DNA of 18,662 nt from Candidatus Hodarchaeum mangrovi (GCA_016839515.1 JAEOUE010000194.1:1-18662), one strand, 5' to 3'. Positions 1-8,586 are shown, counted from the stretch's first letter. The notes: a model not told the origin generated them from the letters alone. Translations and numbers: made by a program.

Positions 1-618
1 GTTACAGGAATTGAAGAAACAAAAGGTGAACCATTCATCTTTTTAAATGGGGTAGGTGTGTATTATACGCAATTTCGGTTAACTCCAGGTGAAATAATTG
101 ATCACTATCGTGAAATAACTGGTATAGTACTTCCTTTAGATGTCTATGAAAAAGCTCAAGATATTTCTACCTCTATGGTTAGTTCAAAAGAATTACTTAT
201 GACTGAATACATGATTTCTCTTCCTTTTGCCATGCTTTTATCTCCTCAAACAAAACAAATGTATATTCGCGGCGTTGTTGCACGAAATGTAGTTCATCCA
301 TACCAAGAATGTTTCAATAAACTTCTTGACATCTGTCAAAATTCTAATAGTTTGAAAGAAGATGAAGGGATGAAAGTACTTTGTGGAGGATTAAATAGAG
401 CTATACCACTATATACAAATGAAATATTGACTGAAGACTATCTATCGGATTATAGTCGGTTAACTGCAGGAGTCAAAAATATACAACCTAAGCTTGATAA
501 AATAATTACTAATCTTCAAATTCAGGGACTAAAAAAACCAATTTTCAGAAATATAAAAGCAATTAAGCAAGATTATATCAATAAGGGATGGCCTCGCTTA
601 TTAGATTGGATGCCTTAG
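1..618 (+). CDS. hypothetical protein, 5'-truncated by the window edge
   Basis: Frame +1 is open from position 1 (VTGIEETKGEPFIFLNGVG...) straight into the listed GTG at 58, so the true start probably lies upstream. Stop is TAG at 616-618. No family motif recognised. Confidence 0.75.
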   Translation, partial: VTGIEETKGEPFIFLNGVGVYYTQFRLTPGEIIDHYREITGIVLPLDVYEKAQDISTSMVSSKELLMTEYMISLPFAMLLSPQTKQMYIRGVVARNVVHPYQECFNKLLDICQNSNSLKEDEGMKVLCGGLNRAIPLYTNEILTEDYLSDYSRLTAGVKNIQPKLDKIITNLQIQGLKKPIFRNIKAIKQDYINKGWPRLLDWMP

Positions 619-621
619 CTA

Positions 622-1359
622 TTAAAAAAAATCTAAAATTTTTTTCTGGAGTATGAAATATAAATCACCTCTCTCAAACGTTTTTGGATTGATTTTACCT
701 AATTTAGGAATTCGTAGTTTTTTCCCCTGGGTAGAATTTTCTGGAACATATACCCGAATGTTTTGATTCTTCCAAATTACTCCCGTTCCATGACATTCAA
801 AACAAGGTTGAATTGGAATCCATCCTGTCCCTAGACAATCTTTACATGGAATAGGAAGAGTACTAGTCCCAATATTTAAAAATTTTTTTCCTTCTTGACA
901 TTTTTTACATTCAATGTGAACAGAAAGTTCATTGTTTCGTTTACCATGGCAATCTGGACAGATACAAGGCACTTTCATACTAAGTGTAAGACTTTTACCT
1001 GTTTGTAATTCTTTAGAAGAAATCCTTAAAGTTCGAATTATGTTTGTTTTCTGGAGATATGCTCCTTCAGGAAAATGGTAATAATATGGTTTTCGGGAGA
1101 TTATCGGACCTCTTGAACTCCAGAATAATAGTAATTGTGACTTAAAAAGTTTCAATAGATTATAAGGATCCTTTTTTACGTCTTTATATAAGAATATTCC
1201 CCCAAAAATTAAAAGAATTATTGAAATCAAAGTAATAGGGGGGTTTTGAGTCAATAGCCCATCAAGGAGAAAAAAACTGCCTAAAATCAATAAATTTAAT
1301 TTAATAAAAAAAATAATGATCCATTTCCGAATTTTATCATCTGAATCAATAGTAAACAT
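622..1359 (-). CDS. membrane-anchored DnaJ-like protein (zinc finger plus CTD-I, no J domain)
   Basis: Four CxxC(xGxG)-type repeats (CPDCHGKR, CKKCQEGK, CKDCLGTG, CFECHGTG) flanked by DnaJ CTD-I-like segments (IIRTLRISSKELQTGK; IRVYVPENSTQGKKLRIPKLG...GDLYFIL). Two hydrophobic helices at about aa 13-58. No HPD motif. Confidence 0.85.
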   Translation of the reverse strand: MFTIDSDDKIRKWIIIFFIKLNLLILGSFFLLDGLLTQNPPITLISIILLIFGGIFLYKDVKKDPYNLLKLFKSQLLLFWSSRGPIISRKPYYYHFPEGAYLQKTNIIRTLRISSKELQTGKSLTLSMKVPCICPDCHGKRNNELSVHIECKKCQEGKKFLNIGTSTLPIPCKDCLGTGWIPIQPCFECHGTGVIWKNQNIRVYVPENSTQGKKLRIPKLGKINPKTFERGDLYFILQKKILDFF

Positions 1360-1414
1360 AATTTAACGCCTTTTGTCGGAAAATAGTAATTAAAATAACA
1401 AGCTTAGCGTTATG

Positions 1415-1422
1415 TTTTTAAA
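1415..1422 (+). promoter_or_regulatory. putative TATA box for the 1447 gene (leaderless transcript)
   Basis: TTTTTAAA ends about 25 nt upstream of ATG 1447, within an 87-bp divergent intergenic region. Weak evidence given the AT-rich background. Confidence 0.35.
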
Positions 1423-1446
1423 AGACTAAAAAAAGATAAAGATAAT

Positions 1447-1833
1447 ATGAATTCTCTCACATTCACTCAAATAGGTTTTTGTCCTTTTCGCATTCAAAAA
1501 TTAGAATTCAGAGCTGGATGTGTTTTAAAACTTGGAAAAGAGGTATTATGCTATACACAAGATTTACACCCTCTTTTAGTTAATAATGGGAGATTTTTTT
1601 GTCCTGAGTTGCAATTCAAGTTGTCTACGGAAACTTACAAAGAAATAGAAACTTTTGTTAAATCCATTTTGACTATTCAAGATGAGGAAAATACAGCAAC
1701 CAATCTTTGGACTATAATCACCGGAATGTCTGATCCAAAAAACAAAGCAACAACTATTCCAGGAAAAAAGCTTGTTAAGATTAGTAAAAAGGTGAGGGAA
1801 GAATTAGATGAAATTGTTCTAAATTTAACTTGA
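1447..1833 (+). CDS. small four-cysteine protein of unknown family, paralogue 1
   Basis: Aligns end to end with 2053-2466 (GFCPFRI.K..F.AGCVL..GK..LCY.QD..P; CP; TYKEIE; IQDEEN...NLW.I; VR.EL..IVLN). Conservation between the two copies supports coding status. Confidence 0.85.
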   Translation: MNSLTFTQIGFCPFRIQKLEFRAGCVLKLGKEVLCYTQDLHPLLVNNGRFFCPELQFKLSTETYKEIETFVKSILTIQDEENTATNLWTIITGMSDPKNKATTIPGKKLVKISKKVREELDEIVLNLT

Positions 1834-2052
1834 TAAATATCATTAAATATACAGATCCCTTACACTAATTCTAGAATAATGATGTTATTAAAAGTTTGAA
1901 ATTTCTTTAATTTGTCAATTGATTTTATCGGTTTGGAAAATAATTTAAACTATATTAAGGAAACTAATACTGTATTATAATGAAATTTTATAATTAAACA
2001 CGGATAATTCATCTAGGAAGATTTAAGAAATTTAAAGAAATGGAAAACACTA

Positions 2053-2466
2053 GTGAGTAAAATGAACCTGTATTCTTGTGGATTTTGCCCATTTCGGATA
2101 GAAAAGCGGAATTTTCAAGCAGGTTGCGTACTAATTATTGGCAAGGATTCCCTATGCTATTCTCAAGATATTAGACCTTTATTCTTAATGAAAGAGATGA
2201 TAAATGGAGAAAAAATCTATCATTGCCCATTACATAAGTTTCATTTAACTGAGAAGACATACAAGGAAATTGAACAGGTCCTTGATCCGATTTTAGCTAT
2301 TCAAGATGAAGAAAATATTGGAATGAATCTTTGGCCTATATTCTCTGATCAATCAAAAATTACAAATCCTAATATTAATTTGAAAACTAAAAAAGGACGT
2401 CAGATGATGCAATTGAGTAATCAAGTGCGTAAAGAACTACAGCAAATTGTCCTAAACTTTTTTTAG
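2053..2466 (+). CDS. small four-cysteine protein of unknown family, paralogue 2
   Basis: Paralogue of 1447-1833. The GTG start at 2053 puts the first conserved Cys at residue 12 in both proteins. Its stop overlaps the stop of the convergent esterase. Confidence 0.85.
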   Translation: MSKMNLYSCGFCPFRIEKRNFQAGCVLIIGKDSLCYSQDIRPLFLMKEMINGEKIYHCPLHKFHLTEKTYKEIEQVLDPILAIQDEENIGMNLWPIFSDQSKITNPNINLKTKKGRQMMQLSNQVRKELQQIVLNFF

Positions 2467-3152
2467 AATTCTTTTTCATTTAATTGTAAAAATTTTCTAA
2501 TATTGTTCCACATTTCATCTTTTTGATCTAGTAATTGATGGTTACTTTCAAGAATATATAATCTAGTAGAGGGATTATTTGAAACAAATTTATGACTCCA
2601 TTCAATTGGTATAATTTCATCATAACGCCCATGAAATATAAGCGTAGGAGTAGAAATAGTTGAAATTGTCATATCTAGAGGAGGAAAGTCCACTAAATCG
2701 CGATAAAAAGAATAATACAAAGGAATTGTAGTGTTGTAACGAAAATGAAAAATGTCTAAATATCCTGTTTCCTCCCATTCTCTAAAAGATGTTCCCATAA
2801 ATTGTAAGATTGTTTTGGAAGAGAAAATTAGAGCTGGAGCCATAAGAATTAGTTTCATAATTTTATCAGGATTTTTTTTTGCTAACCAGGCTGCTAGATA
2901 TGCCCCAAAACTCGAACCAAAAAGGATGATTTTTGAAGGTTTCAAGCTAAGAATAACTGTATTAAGTTCTTCAAGAAGAATGCTTACTCTTAAATGACTA
3001 AAATGGGATTTTGTTGGAATATAATCAAGTAAATTAAACTCAATTCCCTCAGATTCAAACTTTTTCTTGAAAAATTGAGCTTTATCAGATTGAGGAGATG
3101 AAGCAAATCCATAGAAATAAAAAATACGAAGATCTTGTGTAGAATGATTCAT
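2463..3152 (-). CDS. YqiA/YcfP-like alpha/beta-fold esterase
   Basis: YFYGFASSPQSDKA (family HGF.SSP.S.KA motif with H to Y), nucleophile elbow GSSFG, HGRYDEII (catalytic Asp), SNHQL (catalytic His). Confidence 0.88.
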   Translation of the reverse strand: MNHSTQDLRIFYFYGFASSPQSDKAQFFKKKFESEGIEFNLLDYIPTKSHFSHLRVSILLEELNTVILSLKPSKIILFGSSFGAYLAAWLAKKNPDKIMKLILMAPALIFSSKTILQFMGTSFREWEETGYLDIFHFRYNTTIPLYYSFYRDLVDFPPLDMTISTISTPTLIFHGRYDEIIPIEWSHKFVSNNPSTRLYILESNHQLLDQKDEMWNNIRKFLQLNEKEF

Positions 3153-3218
3153 AATTCATCGTCTATTCAATTAATAAAGAATTTTTTTTCTCATAATTCA
3201 TAAATTTTTAGTCTTGTA

Positions 3219-3224
3219 AGGTGA
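3219..3224 (+). promoter_or_regulatory. Shine-Dalgarno site (AGGTGA) for the acyl-CoA dehydrogenase
   Basis: AGGTGA lies 6 nt upstream of GTG 3231 and supports that start. Confidence 0.65.
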
Positions 3225-3230
3225 AGATCT

Positions 3231-4787
3231 GTGACGCTAATTAATGATGAACACTTTTTATACACTCAAGACGAACTAGAATTTCGAGTAATTGCCAAAG
3301 AATTCGTAGAGCGGGAAATTATTCCAATAGCAGATGATGTAGAAAAGAATGCACCTTGGCCTGAGAATAAGTGGAGAGTTCTCTTAAGAAAAATGGGAAA
3401 AAAAGGATTCACTGGAATAATGATACCTCAAAAATATGGAGGGCTTGGAAAATCTTTAATGTTCCAATTATTAGCTGGTGAAGAAATCTCAGCTGTATCA
3501 CCCGCTCTGACAATGGGTTTTGGAGCGAGTTGTACATTATCTGCAATACCGGTCCTTCGCTTTGGCACTGAAGAGCAAAAAAGGAAATTTTTAACCCCTC
3601 TAGCTACTGGTGAGAAGATTGGAGCTCTTGCTATAACAGAACCAAATGTAGGAAGTGATACAGCTGGAATGGAAACTACAGCAATTTGGGATAAGGAAGA
3701 ACATGTTTGGGTACTAAATGGTGAAAAACGATACATTACTAATGCTGCAATTGCAGATCAAATTGTCATATTCGCCATAACTGATAAATCAGTGGACAGT
3801 AAATCTGGAATGACTGCTTTTATAGTTGAAACCTCATCAGAGGGGTTCTCAATTGTCAAAAATTTTGATTTAATGGGTCGTCGTGGAGTTTTTAACACCC
3901 ATTTTAAATTAGAGAATCTTAGAGTTCCTCCAGAGAATATCTTAGGGAAAGAGAATCAAGGTTTCCTTGTTTTAATGGATGAACTAGATACTGAACGAGT
4001 TGGAATAGCAGCAGAAGCTCTTGGGTGTATGCGAAGACCTTTTAATGAATCAGTTAGACATTCTACTAGAAGAATTCAATTTGGTCGTCCAATATCAAGA
4101 TTTGAAGGTATCTCCTTTAAAATAGCTGATATGGCAACGTTGATGAGGGCATCTCGTCTTATGACAATTAGTGCTGCGCGGATGATCGAAAAAGGATTGC
4201 CAGCTACGAAAGAAGCAACTATGGCTAAATTATTTGCCACTGAAACTTCTATAAAAGTTACTGATTTAGCAATACAGATTTTAGGTGGAGAAGGTTACGT
4301 CAAAGATTTTTCTGGGATAGAGAAGTTCTACCGTGACGCACGACTAGGAACTATTGGAGGAGGAACAAGTGAAATAATGAGATTTTTAATCCAGAGAGAA
4401 ATATATATTGAACAAAAACGCGAAATACCTTCTTATATTGGATCATTAACTGATATTGATTTTACTGACCTAATGATAAAAATTCCTCGGGGTTTCCGTT
4501 CAGATCGTGCAGATGGAATTTCAGCAATAATTCAGTTTGAATTTATTGATAGCGATGATTGGGTGTTAAAGATAAAGGATAATATTTGTCAAGTGACCCA
4601 GGAGGTCTCTCCAGAGGCAATAATGAACATTAAAACAAGTTCATCCATTTGGAGAGATATTATGCTTGGAAAAATCGATCCCATGCAAGCAATGATGACA
4701 GGTAAAGTTGAAATTTCTACAGATGATATGGATTTGTTAATGAAATTCGCTAGAATGTTTAAATTTACTGCAGAGACATTTCTATAG
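3231..4787 (+). CDS. acyl-CoA dehydrogenase with C-terminal SCP2 (sterol carrier protein 2-like) lipid-binding domain
   Basis: ACAD motifs: IPQKYGGLG, ALAITEPNVGSD, LNGEKRYITNA, RIQFGRPI, QILGGEGY, YRDARLGTIGGGTSEI. The extra ~110 aa (F.SDRADGISAIIQFEF...WVLKIKDNIC...GKIDPMQAMMTGKVEI...LMKF) match the SCP2 pattern. Confidence 0.93.
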   Translation: MTLINDEHFLYTQDELEFRVIAKEFVEREIIPIADDVEKNAPWPENKWRVLLRKMGKKGFTGIMIPQKYGGLGKSLMFQLLAGEEISAVSPALTMGFGASCTLSAIPVLRFGTEEQKRKFLTPLATGEKIGALAITEPNVGSDTAGMETTAIWDKEEHVWVLNGEKRYITNAAIADQIVIFAITDKSVDSKSGMTAFIVETSSEGFSIVKNFDLMGRRGVFNTHFKLENLRVPPENILGKENQGFLVLMDELDTERVGIAAEALGCMRRPFNESVRHSTRRIQFGRPISRFEGISFKIADMATLMRASRLMTISAARMIEKGLPATKEATMAKLFATETSIKVTDLAIQILGGEGYVKDFSGIEKFYRDARLGTIGGGTSEIMRFLIQREIYIEQKREIPSYIGSLTDIDFTDLMIKIPRGFRSDRADGISAIIQFEFIDSDDWVLKIKDNICQVTQEVSPEAIMNIKTSSSIWRDIMLGKIDPMQAMMTGKVEISTDDMDLLMKFARMFKFTAETFL

Positions 4788-4799
4788 GTGTGGCAAGAA

Positions 4800-6455
4800 A
4801 TGAAATTATTCGGGCATTTAATTGCAGGGGAGATTGTTGATAAAGGACAAAAAATTGGTACATTTCCAAATTTGGAAAAAATTATCCAAGATCCTCGGAT
4901 TTTATTCGCTTCGGCTATAAAATCTCAAGGATCACTTCGAAGATTTATTGCTCGAAATCTATCCTCGTTATTCCCTACAAGTAATCCAGAAGTACGCTTA
5001 CTAAAGGATTTTATAAGAGTACATGGATGGCCTGAGGCATCTTCTTCTGAAATTGCCGATACAGAATATGCAAAATTCACAATAGGTGGTGTTAAAGAAA
5101 CAGATATTGCTATTCAAGAAGCAAATAAAATTAAACATAAAATGCATAAGGAACTCCATACTTCTGGTGAAGGATTGTCTCTTGAAGATAGGGGAGAAAG
5201 TGTATTAACAATGAATAAATTCATGTGGAAGCATTATGAGAAGTTCAAAGAAATTGCAATAGCTGAAGGGACTCCCATTGGCTTATTTGTTTGGCAAGCG
5301 ACAAACGTTTTTAAAGCGCTTGGTAGAGAGCTAGTAGAGTTTGCTACAGAGCGACTTTCCCCTAAAGAAATACCCTGTTCTATTGAAGGGGAACGTACAA
5401 TCCTACATCGATACCCTTTTGGTACTGTGGGTATTTTTCCCCCGTTTAATGCTGCCTTAGGTTTAGGTTTCTTAGCAATTTTTTCGTCATATTTTGCAGG
5501 TAATGCTACAGTAACCCGCACACCTACTAAAGTGCCATTAACAAATATGGAATTAGCTTATGTTTTGAGAGATGTAATGGAGGAGTTAGATTTTCCTATT
5601 AGTGCTTTTCAAGCCATTATAGGACCTGGAAAATCAATAGCAAATTTCATGGTAAATGAAGCTCCCTTGAATGCTATGGTTTATTATGGCGATTCTGATC
5701 TTGGATTAAGTTTAATGAGTAAAGCAGTGAATAGAGGAATTCATTTCGTCCCTGAATTAGCAGGATCTGGAGCAAGTTTAGTTTGGAAGGATATTGATAT
5801 TGATAGAGTGACAGACTACATTATTCATGCTCGATTCTTTGGTTCAGGGCAAATTTGTCTTGCAGCAAAACGTTTATTCCTTCATGAGGCGATATTTGAT
5901 GATTTTTTAAAGATACTTTCTGAAAAATCAGATAAATTAAGATCAGGATTACCTTCTGACCCAAAAACTGATCTACCCATTATTGGAACCCGAGCACTTT
6001 ATCAAATAATTGATATGACAAATGAAGCGCTTAAGAAAGGTGCGAATCTTATAACAGGTGGATATCGAATGAATTATGCAGGCGAAAAAGATGAAGCAGG
6101 TCTTTTTTATAAACCTACTATTCTTACAGATGTCGATTTATCATGTAAAATGTGGTACCATGAAACTTTTGGACCAGTTCTACCAGTTATGAAAATAAGG
6201 GATTTTGATGAAGCAATTATTCAGGCAAATAATACTCCTTATGGTTTAAGAACTTCTATTTATACTGAAGATCAAGATATTGCTAATAGATATTTCGATG
6301 AAATCCAAGTACCTGGAATTACAATTAATACAGATCATTTAACATTTCATGATTTTATTCCCCACCTTGGGGGCTTAAAAAAATCAGGAGTTTTTGGAGG
6401 AAAATACTTCTATGAGGTTTTAACCTATATGAAATACCGTCATTTCACAAAATAA
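4800..6455 (+). CDS. aldehyde dehydrogenase family protein (divergent)
   Basis: PFGTVGIFPPFN, AGNA, ELAG (catalytic Glu), GQICLA (catalytic Cys), FYKPTIL, ETFGPV, ANNTPYGL, GGLKKSG. Start moved from GTG 4788 to ATG 4800 because AGGTG (4786-4790) sits at SD distance from it. Confidence 0.9.
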   Translation: MKLFGHLIAGEIVDKGQKIGTFPNLEKIIQDPRILFASAIKSQGSLRRFIARNLSSLFPTSNPEVRLLKDFIRVHGWPEASSSEIADTEYAKFTIGGVKETDIAIQEANKIKHKMHKELHTSGEGLSLEDRGESVLTMNKFMWKHYEKFKEIAIAEGTPIGLFVWQATNVFKALGRELVEFATERLSPKEIPCSIEGERTILHRYPFGTVGIFPPFNAALGLGFLAIFSSYFAGNATVTRTPTKVPLTNMELAYVLRDVMEELDFPISAFQAIIGPGKSIANFMVNEAPLNAMVYYGDSDLGLSLMSKAVNRGIHFVPELAGSGASLVWKDIDIDRVTDYIIHARFFGSGQICLAAKRLFLHEAIFDDFLKILSEKSDKLRSGLPSDPKTDLPIIGTRALYQIIDMTNEALKKGANLITGGYRMNYAGEKDEAGLFYKPTILTDVDLSCKMWYHETFGPVLPVMKIRDFDEAIIQANNTPYGLRTSIYTEDQDIANRYFDEIQVPGITINTDHLTFHDFIPHLGGLKKSGVFGGKYFYEVLTYMKYRHFTK

Positions 6456-6469
6456 TTATTGGGTTTGAA

Positions 6470-7222
6470 ATGGACTCACTTAAGATAGTATCATTGGATC
6501 TTTTTGAAACATTAGTTCACTTTAACTCTAAGGCTTTTAACTCTCGAATCACACTTCAAAATGCGATGGAATCACATGATAATCTTCCGGAAATACCGTT
6601 TGATGTTTTCTACAATTATTATAGTAAGATTGTAAGAGCTAAAATGTCTGATTATGAAGCTGAGCAAGAATTTCGAAATGACGAAGTTATTTTAGATATA
6701 TGGAAACAATTTGATTTTCCTATCGGCTCAGAACTAAAGGAAAAAGCATTTATTATAATGGAAAACTATTTTAGATCGGTTTTAGGATTAATAAGCCTTT
6801 TCCCTGGAGTATACGAGACCCTAGCTTTCCTTAAGAAACTTGACTTAAAACTAATTTTAACCTCTAATCATTCTTGGCCACAAAATGGTTGGGAAATTCT
6901 TCAAACATACCATCTTGAATCTTATTTTGATAAGATAATTTTTTCTGCAGACTTACGATGGAAAAAACCTTCTCCTAAGATATTTCAAGAGGTAATTTCA
7001 AACTTTCTACATGTTGAGCGAAATCAGGTTTTACATATAGGCAATGATCTCCGTGCTGATGTATTAGGAGGGCTTAAATCGGGATTTAAAGCTATATGGG
7101 TGAATAATTCAATTTCTAGTTCAGAGTCACAGGATTTACCTATTTCTTCAAATTTTCTTGGGATTATTTCGGAGATTAATCAGCTTCCTTCCTTTTTAAC
7201 AACTTATCTTGAAGAAATCTAA
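6470..7222 (+). CDS. HAD-superfamily hydrolase (subfamily IA-like)
   Basis: Motif I SLDLFETL, motif II LTSN, motif III KPSPKIF, motif IV HIGNDLRADVLG. Starts 14 bp after the ALDH stop. Confidence 0.9.
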   Translation: MDSLKIVSLDLFETLVHFNSKAFNSRITLQNAMESHDNLPEIPFDVFYNYYSKIVRAKMSDYEAEQEFRNDEVILDIWKQFDFPIGSELKEKAFIIMENYFRSVLGLISLFPGVYETLAFLKKLDLKLILTSNHSWPQNGWEILQTYHLESYFDKIIFSADLRWKKPSPKIFQEVISNFLHVERNQVLHIGNDLRADVLGGLKSGFKAIWVNNSISSSESQDLPISSNFLGIISEINQLPSFLTTYLEEI

Positions 7223-7260
7223 GCTATCTAGTCATTTTTCGGAAATTACATTTTTTTGTG

Positions 7261-7276
7261 GAGAAAGCTTTTATAT
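7261..7276 (+). promoter_or_regulatory. putative archaeal BRE-TATA promoter for the ACT gene
   Basis: Purine-rich GAGAAAG followed by TTTTATAT (7269-7276), about 34 nt before ATG 7310. A T7 run at 7251-7257 just before it could terminate the upstream operon. Confidence 0.45.
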
Positions 7277-7309
7277 TTCCAAACATAGTTGGAAGTTTGA
7301 GTGTAAAAT

Positions 7310-7771
7310 ATGCAACAATTTGTTCTGCATTTAGATAAGGAAATGCAATCCTTGGCTGAGATTGGAAAAGCATTAGGAAAATTGAAGGTTGATATCGTTT
7401 CTATGGCGGGGACTTCAGCTTTTGGAATTTGTACAGCAATATTATTAACCGATAATGAAGAATTAACCATACAAGTCCTAAGAAGGATGAACATCCCATT
7501 CAGTACTCAAGATGTTCTAGTTGCATCATTACCTGATGAACCTGGATCTTTTGGCCATTTTGCACAGCTTCTTTTTGACCAAAATATTCAAGTCCTTTCT
7601 TTTTATGTCCTTCGATTCTCTTCAAATTATGCGGATTATGCATTCTCTGTAGGGGAGGCTGATTTTGAAAAAGCAAAATCTTTTCTTGACGCCTCGGGAT
7701 TCTTAAAATCCTCTAATAAACAGAAGAAAAAAACAACTATTTCCAAAGTAGCTAAGCCTACAATTACTTGA
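7310..7771 (+). CDS. tandem ACT-domain protein
   Basis: Two ACT-like repeats (LHLDKEMQSLAEIGKALGKLKVDI; ASLPDEPGSFGHFAQLLFDQNIQV), resembling the Bt0572-type double-ACT proteins, with a Lys-rich tail. Confidence 0.8.
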   Translation: MQQFVLHLDKEMQSLAEIGKALGKLKVDIVSMAGTSAFGICTAILLTDNEELTIQVLRRMNIPFSTQDVLVASLPDEPGSFGHFAQLLFDQNIQVLSFYVLRFSSNYADYAFSVGEADFEKAKSFLDASGFLKSSNKQKKKTTISKVAKPTIT

Positions 7772-7860
7772 CTTGTGGATAAACATAATATACAAGAATA
7801 TTTCCAGAATCATCCTGATTCTGAAGGAAATCATTAATACTCACTGGTATCGGTGATGTC

Positions 7861-8574
7861 ATGGACGAAATTCTCAGTAGAATCGAAGAAGCATTTACAA
7901 ATCCATTTAACGTCTTTTTATTGCTACTTATGATTGCAATGTTATTATTCTGGTTAAGTGCACATAAATGGCAGACACCTGAACGAGTCAGAAAACGAGC
8001 CATCTTTTTTAGCCCGAAACCGACCCAATATCTTCAGAATCATTTCCGAAACAAATATTTGGATTTTATCACCCAACAGGTCTGGCTTTGGGTCTTTATC
8101 TTATGTGTTTGTATTGAAGTTTTAGTTTGCGGACTTCAGGGAGTGAATGCGTGGAGATATGGAGTTATGGCACTGACTGCATGGGGAACATCAATGACAA
8201 TCCAATTTTTATTTCCTGTTATAGTTCCAATAAGGTGGAATAAATTTAATCGGGAATTACCCGTTGTTCCAATTCGTTTGCTACAATTCAAGCAAAGTGA
8301 CAATGTAAATGGGCTATTGTACAATGGTCTACCAAGTAATCATTTTGGTATGATGATTGCAGGGATATTAATCACACTGGATATCCATGCGTCCGACCCC
8401 TGGATTGGCTGGGTTATATTGTTGATATTCTTTATTATTATAGGAATTCTCTTTTGTTTTTCAGTCATCTATCTAGGAGAACACTATATACAAGATTTAA
8501 TTGCTTCAATTTTTGTTTATGTTCCAATTATGGTTGGAATCAAACTTTTTTTAGATTATTATATTCCATTATGA
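7861..8574 (+). CDS. PAP2-superfamily multi-pass membrane enzyme, Aur1/IPC-synthase-like (PAP2_3 type)
   Basis: About 6 hydrophobic segments; YNGLPSNH (PSxH) and IYLGEHYIQD (HYxxD) catalytic motifs; FLFPVIVP where Aur1-like proteins have FP.APP; SD GGTGA at 7852-7856. Confidence 0.8.
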   Translation: MDEILSRIEEAFTNPFNVFLLLLMIAMLLFWLSAHKWQTPERVRKRAIFFSPKPTQYLQNHFRNKYLDFITQQVWLWVFILCVCIEVLVCGLQGVNAWRYGVMALTAWGTSMTIQFLFPVIVPIRWNKFNRELPVVPIRLLQFKQSDNVNGLLYNGLPSNHFGMMIAGILITLDIHASDPWIGWVILLIFFIIIGILFCFSVIYLGEHYIQDLIASIFVYVPIMVGIKLFLDYYIPL

Positions 8575-8586
8575 TGATGAATAAAA

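Noticed and set aside
1834-2052. Short AT-only palindromes and direct repeats between the two Cys paralogues (TTATAA-n7-TTATAA; ATTTAAGAAATTTAAAGAAA)
   Set aside because: Expected by chance at this base composition.
4788-4799. ALDH start at GTG 4788, directly abutting the ACAD stop (possible readthrough fusion)
   Set aside because: The AGGTG here is better explained as the SD for ATG 4800. There is no evidence for TAG readthrough.
2752-5521. Antisense ORFs 2752-2997, 3428-3736 and 5234-5521
   Set aside because: They lie wholly opposite well-supported genes and have no motifs, so they are shadow ORFs.
8572-8580. Triple in-frame TGA at the end of the PAP2 gene, considered for selenocysteine or readthrough
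   Set aside because: The protein is complete at the first stop, the codon is not at a catalytic position, and no SECIS-like structure is evident.
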